Source: Cystobasidiomycetes sp. EMM_F5
Lineage: Eukaryota
Length of the DNA: 63,468 nucleotides
Reading direction: 5' to 3'
Assembly: GCA_051047955.1 (NCBI GenBank)
Contig: JBPGPT010000031.1
Coordinates: 124,001-187,468, forward strand
The position numbers were made by a program, and so were the translations under genes. Positions 13,401-25,244 of this stretch are shown here, piece by piece (the stretch's first letter is position 1; the number at the start of each line of letters is the position of its first letter). Under the pieces are notes generated by a model, which saw nothing but the letters and a program-made list of their open reading frames with translations, did not search any database and was not told the DNA's origin.

Positions 13401-14024
13401 CTCGTTTGCTGGAGTATGATGCCGGCACAGAGAATGTGCGTGTCCCGTTGGGTGGGAAATGCAAGGTCAGGCGACACGAGTATTTGCGTACTGCCGAGGC
13501 ATCAGATATTTATCACGCCCAAATGCAACACACTCCTTGCTTACATTTGGGATTTCGAAAACAATGGTATATAGGCTTTTGCAACGAGACGGAGCGCCAT
13601 GCCTTGAGGAGGATCATAGTGGGGCTGCAGAGAGAGATGAGGACATCATGAAGATGACGCGTAAGATAGCCATTCATATTCCTTACAAAAATCGTCGTAT
13701 TCACCTATTATCGTCTCCGTTTTGATCCAAATCCATGCCGTCGCTGTCCGAGTCGCCGTCATCCGCAGGTCTCGCTTCGACCAAAGGGGCCTCTGTCGAC
13801 CTTTCGGAAGCCTTTCCTTTGGCGAGACTTTGCGCCGTCTGCGACTTGGACGTATATTTGACGCCAAATGACGGGGCAGCCTGTCGGCCATTATCGACGC
13901 CCACCACGGCTTCAGCGATATTATCAGCGTCAGTGTCAGCTCCAGCGGGTCCAGAGGCCATTCTTGCTCGCTTTGTCGATGTGGACGCCGTGGATGATAT
14001 CCCAGAGCTGCCTGGACCAGACAT
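10481..14024 (-). CDS. Large protein with about 7 double-stranded-RNA-binding-like domains and no recognisable catalytic domain
   Basis: Repeated dsRBD helix-2 signatures: YSSKREAKAAAS, FTSNKQAKESVT, FRTKKEAKEAVC, YSTKKAAKEAAA, YPSRDAAEEAVS, HRSKRDAKAAVA, and a weaker last unit. Exons link ORFs 13701-14024, 13072-13464, 12673-13011, 12379-12666, 10748-12100 and 10481-10744. Confidence 0.72.
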
Positions 14025-14255
14025 GGCTGAGTATGATATCTTGAGGCTCGTTTGGCGTAGACTTGGTCGCAGCAGCCTGGCTCAGCGCATTATAAACGGC
14101 GAGAACGTCGAATATGGCTCGCAGAATGCAAGATATCCACAGACATTGACGAGGTTGGCCGCGATAACGTCCGACAAGAACGGCGGCTTACGATAAACTG
14201 ACTGAAGCCATCTCCGCAAATTGCAAGATGTTTCATAATTGCGCAGTCTGCTATG

Positions 14256-16616
14256 CTACAACTCGTCACGTACATGGTCGTTATCGTCGGGGCTGTCGTC
14301 GTTCACTTCCTCCCGCCCATCTTCCTCATCGTCAGGCTCTTCAGATGGCAGTGCGTCCCCATCACTAACCCTTTCATCCAGCACCACGCTCCCATCCAAC
14401 TCCTCTAGTACGTCTGCAGCTTCTTGTAGGTGGTGCTGCGTATGCTCCATGAGCAATGGCTCGGTTACATGGATGTCGTCGGGGTTTATCAACTCGATAG
14501 GCTCGTCCAATTCGGCAACGTTGCCAATTGGCAGCTCATCAAGTACGACGTGCGGTTCGGTTCCCTCACTTGTGTTTTCATGTGTGTCTGTGAGACTGTC
14601 TGGCGTAACATTGTCGGTCTCGACCACATCTGGCCAGGAGACCCTTTCGCCATCGTGGTCGAAATCTTGGGTAGGCTCGAGTTCTGGCGAGACTGTTGCG
14701 AACACAGCCTCTGTAGCAGTAGCCCGAGCAGTCACGTCCTCCGCCGTGTCGTCTATCGAGGCGTGGGTGAACAACGCATCGGACTCCTGACGGGCGTCGT
14801 CATAATCCGATTCCGACGTGTCCTCAACTGAGTAGGACATGTCTTCATAAGGATAGTCAGCCTCCAGCTCTTCGAAAGGAGGCAGTTCTGATGCATCCTC
14901 GAAGCCATCATTTATTACTACGTTCACCTGCTCAAGACCCAAATCGTTCTCTTCCACGACTGGAGTATCCTTGAATATCGTCTGCTCGTAAACTTCGGTC
15001 GCAGGGCGTTGAGTTGGCGTAGCGAACGACGCGGGTGCCTCATTCTTCAGCTGATTCGCAGAGGGCTGGTCCACCTCAACGACTTGATCATCGAAAAGCT
15101 CATCCTTGGTAGTCGCCGTCCGATGATTGTACGCAAAGTCCTCGTCCGCCTGCCTTGCAATGCCTTCTCTCACGTATTCAATAGGAATGTCGGCCTCAGC
15201 CTGTGCGTATAACGTTGACTCGGGTGAGCCGCGAAAGCTACTCGATTCTGAGAATTGTGAAGCTGCGATAGTCGTCGGCATTGGTGTAGATTCCAGGATT
15301 TCGGTGACAGATGTTGTATGAGAGTATTGAGATGTTTTTGATAAAGGGGACGACAACTCAAGCGGTATTTCGGTTGGCAGGACCGCAGACAAGACAGATT
15401 GGACTTGCACCTTGCGTTCGCTGATATCGTGTGAAACAGACGCAGCGGCAGCAGTCGCAGCAGCAGCCAAGCTTGTCAAGGAAGCCGTAACAGATTGTGA
15501 TGTCTCCTTTAAGCCATCTTGTGCAAGAGCTTGAATGCCACGTCGCCCGACTTTACCAAATCCTGCCCCGACTTTGCCGACTAAACTGGCAGCCCGGATG
15601 CCGCGATCCAGTATTCTTCGCTTGATGACGAGGAGACACACTAGACCGAACAGGGCGAGTGCTGCTAGGATGAGTAGTCTGTCGAGCAGATCTGCCTTTT
15701 CGAGCGCCGTGATGAGCTTCTTTGAGCTTGTGAGCAGGTCGGAGAAGGACGTGTAGTGGGTCGAAGTGAGATTGAGGGTGGTTGTGGAGCGCTCTACATG
15801 AAAGGCGTTGCAATTTCATTATCCTGGCGGATGTTTTATTCGTCAATCCCCGCTCACCTAGCATTTGCATAGACAAGCTCGACCTGTCGAGTTCTTGTTC
15901 CATGAGCTGCCTTGTCCGACGTAGCCCATCCGTCACGTTTGCCGTAGCTTCCATTAGTTCTTCGTCCTTGCTGTTGTGCAGTAAGAAACACCATTTTGGT
16001 CAATTGTTGAGAATATCGTTCGTCAACGCAATAATAGCAAGCCTACCTGGACGCCGTCTTTGCACCGCGCTGGAGACCCAGACCAGCTCCATTTGATGGG
16101 CGTAGCAGTTCGTTTCTCTGCCGGTTTGCGACCTGAGCATCAATCTGACGCTTCGACGCCAGGATGGCCTGTCTTGCAGCCTGTCGCAGACTGAAAGCGA
16201 GCGCGACACCGTCAGCACGGCGACGTCTACGGCATGTAAGTCCATTCCCCGCTCACGCTATGAGCTGTTGGCCGTACTTCTCCGCTACGCCCAGCGCTCT
16301 TTGCCGGTCAGCCTCGCTCTCCTCCTCGTCTGCCATCAGTGTCAGCTCCTGCCATTCAATATCATTGTCAATATCATTGTCATTATCGTCAGTCAGGTCA
16401 GCGATATCACCCCGTCAGCTCAGCCAATGCAAACATCAAATAAAACCAAAAAAAACACACCTCCACCTGCGACTCGATAATCCTGATATCGTCCCGGAGC
16501 ACCCCGTCCAGCTCATCGTGCAATCCAGCATCCCGGCAGGCCTGCAGCTGGGCCAGGACGCCATTCCGCGTAGAAGCCAGACGGCGCTCAATCCCAGAGG
16601 CCACGTCTGCGCTCAT
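14256..16616 (-). CDS. SEC20: ER SNARE Sec20 with long acidic luminal tail ending in RDEL
   Basis: Sec20 motif ATANVTDGLRRTRQLMEQELDRSSLSMQML...SKKLITALEKADLLDR, a TM segment followed by KRRI, and C-terminal HVRDEL. Confidence 0.88.
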
Positions 16617-16799
16617 CGTCTGTAGTGCAAAGTGGTCAAAGAATTATCAATCTGAAGCAAATTTGCATTTGTCTTGGTTTCGACAGGTAAAGGCTACGGT
16701 ACAACACGCGCAGACACTAAAGAGCACTTAATAGCCTTGCTTTGGTTGGATTGACTGATTGCGACCGAGCGGCTTGGACTGATTATTTGACGACATGGC

Positions 16800-19700
16800 T
16801 CATCGAATGCGGAGCATGACAAACGGAACCTGTGCAGGATACAGACGTTCAGGCCCTGCTTATGTGCAAGTACTTGTATTGAATATCTCACCTCCACATC
16901 CTCCTCGTCCCGGTTCTCCGCCATAATCTCCAAAGTAATGTTCTTGAGATGCGGCGGGATTGGCCTCTTCGAGACCATCTCGATGACAGTAGACATGCTA
17001 TACATGCAAGAATCGTGTCAGTGACATGTGTGTGTCTATCGTAACGTGAGAACCCACGGCTTGGGTAGCCGCTCGGCAAGCTTTGCCTTCGGATGGAAAC
17101 TCGCATACAGCAGCGAACTGCCAGACGTCGCCATCGTGACAGTGAGCTGATGATTCTTTTCAAACCACTCGATGAACTCGGCAAGCGTGATATCGCCTTC
17201 AATCTTGAACCGGTCCCATAGAGTCCATTCCGTCTTGCCGTACTGTTTTGACAGGTGGAAGCGAGCTTGAGTCAGCAGACTTGCCCAGGTTGATCGTGGC
17301 ACTTCGCATACCTTCAACTTGGCCGCCGCAATTGGCTCCGAGAAGGCAAAGAACGGCAAGGCCAGATTGACAAAGCCATTCTTGTATTGCTCCAGGTCGG
17401 TGATGCCGCCGATAATCTGCGACAGGAAGGACATCAGAAACAAGCAGACTGAACCCTCACAAAGCATACCTTGTACAGCTCGAGGCAAACCAAGCCCGTA
17501 GCCAGCGAGGTCGTCGTGGCGATGGCGGGAATGATCTTGCCCGCAATCAGCTTGGTCCTGTGTCTGTCTGCTTGCGTGATGGCATAGTTGTCGGCGCGTA
17601 GATTTGATGCTGCGGTAATGAACTGCAAAGAAACGAGCATCAGCAATGCTGAGCTGCAAGTATATTGCACGAGCTCCAAGCTCACATCAATATGATGATT
17701 GGTGTCATCATCCTTCTCGAACTCTGCCGGAATCATCCGGTAGCCAGCAAGAGTACTCGGGGCCGGTAGTCTGGCATACACTTCCGACAACGTCTCCTCC
17801 TCATCGACCTTCTTCTCCACTGGCTCATCGTCCTTCACTTGCACTTGCAGACCGCTCTTCGGCTTAAACTCCGGAACAATCACCTTGGACAAGACACGCT
17901 CGAACAGTGCAGGGTCGGTATTGCCTTTGAGACCATAATTGAACGCCCGGATGTTGGCTGCTGCTACGATGTAATCCATATGTAAGGGCTTATTATGCGA
18001 TTATCAGCCTTATGCGTTGTGTTGTGTGTGTACGCATCTTCTCACATTAGACGGGCTGAATTGTATGGGCGTGGGGGCTCGTTTCGGACCGGACCAGAAT
18101 GGAGTGCCTTCTTTGGTGATCTGATCTCTAATGTTAGCGGACTACTTCGTCACGCATATGCACTGTTCGGCACTCACAAGGTCTCGAGGTAAGCTATACA
18201 AAAGTTGGGCAATCTCGTTTGAATATTCCTCTTGAAATTTGAGCCGTGCCCACTCGACACACTGGTCGAAGGACAGTGGCCTGTTGTCCAGATTATCCTT
18301 GATCTGCTGTAGTTGTGAAGGTTGCATTCCGGAAGCCTTTGCAGACTCTAGGAAATTGGGAGTTGATAGGTATAGATTGACATTCTCGACAGGCTTGACA
18401 AAGGTGTCATCGAATTGGCTTCTAGCCCACTGTGAGGCACGGACCAACGGTCAGATCAACTTTCATGTCAATCTCTGTCGGCAATGAGATGGGACTGACC
18501 TGAATGGTGTGCTCAATTTGGTTCGGGAAATTCTTCAATGTGCACGATGGGAACTCTTTCTCCGGCGGGTCTTGCGATGAAGAGTATGATTCGGTTGCGT
18601 GCGGCAGTACGACTTGTACATTCGCCTTTGTGCCTAGAGTACCAGATTCAAGGAGCGGCTTCTCATAGTAGACGCATCGGCGATCCATGTATTCTCTCGC
18701 CGAGACGTTGTCCAGTGCATTCGTGACGCAGTCGATGCCATCAAAGAAGTCGTCACCAAATACATTCTCACTGTCTTCACCCACGCGAAGCTGATGCGTC
18801 ACAATTCGTCCTTTGAGATCTGGATTCATAGCTGCTACTGCTTGACCAGCTGCTTCCGCCTTGAATTTACCCAAATCTGTGGGTCGGAACAGGAATTGAC
18901 GGTTGAGATTGCTCTTCTCGATAGTGTCGAGATCGGTGACGTGGATGATACCGCTTCCTTTGGTCCCGACGCCCATCATTGACCAATTCTTGAGCATCTC
19001 ACATCCAATGGCACCAGAGCCTACCAAGAATTGCCGGTTGTTCTGAATCTTGTCTTGGAAAGCTTTTCCGAATACAGCGATTTGTCCATCGTAGCGCGAG
19101 CCAAGCGGTGCGCATTCATTCTCCGATAGACTTTCCGCGACAGAAACAGGCAGAGATTCGAGCGAGTCAAAGTAGAGATACTGCTGCAGAGGGTGGAACT
19201 TGCCAGAGCACGCTTTCAAGACTTCCTGCGCGACGAAAGCACCGATAACAGCAACCATAGGAGACAGGTCGCCAGAAGCTTGATAAGATAGCTCCTTGAT
19301 GAGCTTGGTATCGAGTTCGCCGTCTGCATCGCCAGAAGCCGCATGAAGCTTGCTGGCAATAGCGATGACCTGCTCTGCGTCTGCTGCCGAACGAGGTCCC
19401 GGCAATCGCCCAGCTTGCTCACGGAAAGCAGACAATGCTTGGAAACCGATATGAAGGGTCGCCGGGCGGTCAAACTTTGCAAAGTCGGTCATCAAGTATT
19501 CCGGTTGGCTCAACGAGTCACGCAGTGAAGACTGTTTGCGATAGTCACGTCAGCATGGCAGCGAAAAAGGCGTGCAAGAGTAGCTCACGAATTTAAGAAT
19601 TTTGGGCATCTTGACTTGCTGGTACAAGCCGCCGCTCTTGTAAGTACCCAAGCCGCTAACATCGCCAATCGAGAAAGTGTATGGACCTGTGGTAGCGATA

Positions 19701-20912
19701 CAGTCAATACGATGTGGCTCGGATACGAGGAGACTTGAGGGGGGTCATCACCCTTCACGGTAATCTTGCGAGGCTCCGCGCTGTTTAGCGCTTCCATGCC
19801 TTCTAGCTCTGTGAACGTAACAAAGTCGCCGTCCTCGAGCCCGTGTCGTGTCTCGTCGAGCGTTGTGACTGTACCCTCCTCGTCCTGGAATGGACAGGTA
19901 CAGAGTCAGTGGAGCTCAGGGAACGCTTAGGCCACAGGACATGTAACGCACAATAGACACCAGCATCCCCGACAGTGGTTGCTCTCCATTTGTGTCAATG
20001 ACGGGAAATTCCGGTCCAAAGTCGCAGAATATTGATCTGTAAGCATGAACGGCTCAGTCAGCTGCGGGTGCAATAATTGATAGCGCAACGAGCATACCCA
20101 AAGAGACCGCGAATATCTGCCGAGACGAAGTGTACATTGTTGGCGTGGGTGAAGTCGTTGACTTGGAGTTGCTGGGACAGGGTCGCGTCGGTCAGAACGA
20201 CGACTTGGTAGCGGGACAGGATATCGTTCGAGAGAGTCTTTTCGGCCAGCACGTCTACCGGCACGTAACGGTTGAGTTCGCGGATGCGAGGCAATGTAGA
20301 CTGGTCTCTGGGCTGTCCGATATCCGACTCTCGTAGAAAGAACTGTGTGCCTAAGTCTGCGATTTCGACTGGGTTTGGGTCAAACAGGGTGACTGATTTG
20401 ACTCCTGCGAGGCAGACGTTCTTGGCTGTGCGTGGGTAGCAATTGTTAGCAAGGCATAAACGCAGTGCGTAAATTGCTGATTCCTGGCAGACTGACCAAT
20501 CTCTACGCCCAGTCCGCGGAGCCCAACGACGAGGACATTTGACACGGCCATTCGTTTCATTGCTGGGGTGAGTTGGAAGGTATTGTTAGTGTCACTTGAT
20601 TATTGCTAAAGGTATATTCCATCTCAATCACCATCGTGGCCCAGGACGTAGCTGCCAATCCAAATCAAACGGGGCATCCAAACCAGCGACCATCGCAGTC
20701 ATATCCGCCGTTTCAGCGCATCATCAGTAAACAATCAGTAACAATCCCAGCCAATATCAGCCAAATCGTCAGCCTTTTGACTCCAATTCCAGCTCCAAAA
20801 CGCCAACCCACAGCTGCCTCGAATACAGCGATTCGTCGATACTTGCGTCCATGGATTGGTGCGAGGACGCTGCTGGGGCGCTGGGCGAGTCGACTTGCAT
20901 ATTGTCTGCCAT
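16800..20912 (-). CDS. UBA1: Ubiquitin-activating enzyme E1
   Basis: [36 protein letters not shown], catalytic [35 protein letters not shown], and C-terminal EDVEVPFV. Confidence 0.98.
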
Positions 20913-20999
20913 TTTGCAGGGTTGGAAGGAGCCCAAACGGCGAAGAGATGGGGTATTCTTCAGTCCAACTGACGAGCTGACTTGCGATTTACGCTGACG

Positions 21000-21920
21000 A
21001 TGGCTGACGACGTCGAGCAGGACGTGGAAATGCTGAAATCACTGCTCGTCGAAGGGGAATGGATATCCTCGACGTTTGGTGACGGAAATCCAAGAGAACT
21101 GACAATCCAGCTCCCGAGAAGCTCTACGCTTCGAGTGTCGTTTGCGGAGACGACCAGTCTACCCGTCTACACCGTCTCGTCGGAGAGGAGAGCGCTCCAG
21201 GAAGCTCTAGCCGAGAGAATAAAGCAATATGACTCTCAAGCTCAGCTGCAAGACGAGCAATACCCCGTTACATTCGTGTACACGGCTCTGAAGGAGTACA
21301 TCGACGACCTTCCAGAAGACAATACTAGCATCGTCGAAGGAGTCGCATCGGACAAGACTCCCACACCCCGCAAACCCATCCGCACAAAGTGCATCCTCTT
21401 CTGGGCACACCATCTACTGGCAACCTCCAAACGGAAAGACATTCACAAGTTTTCTCTCGAGTTGCACCTCTGGAGTCTGGCAAAGATTGGCTATCCGGGT
21501 GTCATTGTCGCGCAAGGTCTAGCAGATGACGTAGACGAGTTTCTGAGGCGAATAAAGGTGAGTGCAGTGCAAAGCTCGCATAAGGATCCAATACCAACAA
21601 CACCGTCAGGCCATGCAGTGGTATGCCCTGCAAGTGCGGCACGAGGAGGTTATGGAACACGAAGGCAACGACGAGGATCACATCCTCACAACACAATGTG
21701 CACTCCGAGCGGCGGTGGCTCACGGACGCAATCTGCCTCTCAGTAGCAAACCATGCAGTCGAGAAATGGACTCCATGTCGGAGTTGTCGGCATTGTAAGC
21801 CTGCTACGTGCTCACCGCATAGGTGCTGACGATTCCGGCAGAATGGCTGCAGCGGATATGACAAACGTCTTTGCCAGTGCTATGAAGATACCTTTGCAAG
21901 AAAGTGATAAGAAGACATGA
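21000..21920 (+). CDS. RWD-domain / DUF1115 (RWDD2-like) protein
   Basis: N-terminal RWD-like segment, then ILFWAHHLLATSKRKDI...KIGYPGVIVAQG...VDEFLRRIKAMQW, typical of the RWDD2/DUF1115 C-terminal domain. Two GT-AG introns. Confidence 0.75.
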
Positions 21921-22135
21921 ATCATCGAGCGGACCGATCGACGGGTAAACGCTGATTGTCGCATTGCTTCGAAGTTGGCTAAAAGGTATACAGGACTACT
22001 GGAGGCAATCGAGACTTTCAGGAGCGAATTCCCGACTCGGTCAATCACACTGTCAAGGCTTTGACTTGGACGAATCGTGAATCGCATTTAAATCCACATC
22101 ACTCGATCGTCGGAAACGTTTGATCAAGGCTCAAC

Positions 22136-23350
22136 CTACGACAATCGCCCAGCACCTCGGCCTCCTTTCACGAGGTGCAGCTCAGCTTTATCGCTGATAA
22201 GACACCAGCGATCTCCCACTTCGCCTTTACGGGCCCCCTTTACGACTGCGTGCAGGATAGCAGCGACTTGTTCGATGACACGGTTGGCTGGCGACTTCGT
22301 TTTAAGCTGCTCCAGCGTATACTTTTCAATCAAGTCCTTGCTGAAGAAACCCCTGTCGTGTTTGGCGACGACAAATGTAGGAGTTTGGGACCAAAACGCC
22401 TGAGCGTACAGCTCCGTGGAAATGTCAGACGCATTCGTCACCGAGCGTGTTTTGAGCTCGATGATCTTGCTGTGGGCAATCAGCTCGCCACGTTCCTCGA
22501 CCTTCAAGGTTGCTCCTTTCGATTTTGCATCCACTTCGGGTGATTTATCTTTGATTGCCATGGCTGCGAGGGATTGGACCAGTGCATCGGCAGTCTTCTT
22601 CGACTGTCCGCCAGCTTGGGCTGAGGTCGTTGGATCTATGAAGCCATCACATTCAAATTGAACGAGCATCTTCAAGCCAGCAAACGTCTGCACTCATGCC
22701 TTAGCAAATCATATCTCGCTCCCACTAGATAATCGACTCACGTATGAAATGACCCGCTCGTGCGAAAGCTCGTTCGTGTGACCTCGAATGGCATCAAATG
22801 CGATTTCTTCAAAGGAATTGCGATAACCATGGGAACCGACTTGCTTATCCACTGTAATGGGGGTCCATCGGCGGAACACGAGCACATCACCATCAATTCG
22901 CTCGATGTCTATACGAAGCTCCTGATCAATGAAGCCGTTGACCCAGGCCATCAGTTTCTTCAGATTGCCTCGATTTGTGATAATGTCGAAAGAGCCGAAA
23001 TCGAAACCGCTGTCGAGGGTCTTGATGGCTTCGAACAATGGTAAGAGAGGAGCATCGCGTAGCCTCTGCTGTTGCTGATCCACAAATGTCCAGTTGCGGT
23101 CCAGGCGCAGCTTCATGCGACGTGAGGGGCCTTTGAAGAGGAAAGGCGCGCCTGTAGACGGCGCTCAGCACGGCTTGGTTGATCAGATGGGACAAAATTT
23201 ACCTGGAACGACAATTGCTGGAGCAACTGTGTCCAACCACGAGTAAGACGCCACCGTTCTCACGTCGGTGATGTCTGCCTTTGCTACGGACGGGAGGTTG
23301 TAGAGATCCAATATCAAGACGGTATCGCTCGTGCCGTGCCAGATACCCAT
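22136..23350 (-). CDS. DXO/Rai1-like PD-(D/E)xK nuclease-fold protein, tandem copy 1
   Basis: VASYSW..PAIVVPG, DIITNRGNLKKL, GYRNSFEE, QFECDG, IELKTR, YAQAFWSQTP. Two introns. The exact 3' end is uncertain. Confidence 0.7.
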
Positions 23351-23494
23351 AGTAGGAAGAGGAGGCTGAAATCCGCTGTGATTTCTACAAGAATACGAAG
23401 CGGCGTGAGCAAAGCAAAAGAGATACACGCATTATCCGCGATGAAATAGTGATACGGACACGGAGACGGAGCGTCTGTGTGCGACACTTTCGCG

Positions 23495-23516
23495 GAAACG
23501 GCGATTCTTGTCAGAC
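23495..23516. repeat. 22-bp upstream element identical in both DXO-like paralogs (copy 1)
   Basis: GAAACGGCGATTCTTGTCAGAC at 23495-23516 and 25101-25122, about 145-155 bp upstream of each ATG. Confidence 0.85.
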
Positions 23517-23724
23517 ATCTTCCTGGACCCTCGCCACGGATGCATTTTAACAGGAACTCAGAAAATAGCGAGAGTGACGGCTTGCTCTCTACTGTCGACT
23601 GAAGCTACGATAGTTTCCGCATGTCCTTACTCAACTATGACATCAAGCTGGCGCTCTTCCGTTCCGCCTCGAAATGAAGCTAAAATCTGCAACCTATCGT
23701 CTGTTTGTTACCTCTCCGGCGAAG

Positions 23725-24947
23725 CTATACTTGAGACAGTCTCCCAGCACCCCTCCCTCCTTTCACAAACTTGAGCTCGGACTCGTCGCTGATCAGACAC
23801 CATCGATCTCCAACTTGCCCTTTGCTGGCCTCGTCTACGATTGCATGCAATATCCCGGCGACTTGTTCGATGACACGTTTGGCTGGCGATTTGTCTTTAA
23901 ATTGCTCAAGCGTGTGTATGTCAATCAGATCCTTGCTGAAGAAACCTCCGTTGTGTTTGGCCACGACAAATGTAGGAGTTTGCGACCAAAAGGCCTGAGC
24001 GTATAGCTCGGCCGAAATACCACATGCTTTCGACACGGAGCGCGTCTTGAGCTCGATGATCTTGCTATGGTCCATCTTATCGCCGCGCCTTTCGATCTTC
24101 AGAACTGCTCCGTCTGCTGACGATTCGGTTGCTGCTGTACTACCTTGTTCGCCAACGGCAGCCAGAGTTTCAACGAGTCTGTCGGCGCTCTTCTTAGATT
24201 CCCCAGTCATCTCATACTGATCTGTCGTGTCGATGAAGCCATCGCATTCAAATTGGACAAGCATTTTCAGGCCTGAAAAGTTCTACACATACACCTCAGC
24301 CGGTAGACTCCAAATGGCTGGAAGCTGCAATTATGACGTACATAGGATACAACTCGATCGTGCGAGAGCTCATCTGTATGACCGCGAATACCGTCACAGG
24401 CGAATTTTTCGTACGAGCTTCGGTATCCCTGGGAGCCAGTATGTTTCTCGATGGTGGCCGGTGTCCATCTCCGGAATACCAACACACCTTTGTCTATGCG
24501 TTCTATGTCAATGCGTAGCTCCTCGAGATTCTTGTGATTCACCCAAGCCATAATTTTTCTCAGGTTTCCCCGGTTCGTGATAACATCGAAATCTCCAATG
24601 TCAAAGTCATCATTGAGGGTGCGCACAGATTCAAATAGAGGCAAAAGCGGAGCGTCCTTGAGTCTCTCTTGTTGCTGGTCTACAAACCTCCAATTGCGAT
24701 CAATGCATAGCTTGCCTTCTCGTGCATGCCCGGCAAAGCTGAATGGAGCGCCTATGTAGAACGTGAGCGTATCGTCAAACTAGCGAGTCTGGTTGTCCGT
24801 ACCCGGGACTACAATGGTCGGAGCTACGGTGTTCAACCACGAAAAGGACGCCACTGATGTGAAATCGGTAATGTCCGCTTTAGCCATTTGTGGCAGCTTG
24901 CAAAGGTCCATCACAAAGACGGTATCGCCAGTATCGTCCCAGATCAT
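23725..24947 (-). CDS. DXO/Rai1-like PD-(D/E)xK nuclease-fold protein, tandem copy 2
   Basis: VASFSW..PTIVVPG, DVITNRGNLRKI, GYRSSYEK, QFECDG, IELKTR, YAQAFWSQTP. Same intron positions as copy 1. Confidence 0.7.
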
Positions 24948-25100
24948 AGTGGTCGATATAGCACAGCAACCCAGGAGGCGGAACGATTCAAACAATCACA
25001 CCCGGCGTGAGGCGAGCGCAGCAAGAACGAAGTCCGGTTGCACAAGGCCTTGCTCCGCCGCTTTGGAGTAGAATGGAGGTTTTGTAGGACATCCTTACCT

Positions 25101-25122
25101 GAAACGGCGATTCTTGTCAGAC
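25101..25122. repeat. 22-bp upstream element identical in both DXO-like paralogs (copy 2)
   Basis: Exact copy of 23495-23516. Confidence 0.85.
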
Positions 25123-25244
25123 GACTTCTCAGACCTTCGCTGTGAATCCATCTCAAGCATCACGCTCGTTGCGCGATGAGAACAGATAGCATCGTGCACT
25201 GCTGAGCTAGTTGAAGATTGTTGCCATGCGCACTCATACTATGC

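Noticed and set aside
14239..14790. Long Ser-rich plus-strand ORF, and similar antisense ORFs at 10971-11501, 51763-52227 and 53175-53768
   Set aside because: These are antisense shadows of real genes with biased codons and have no independent motifs.
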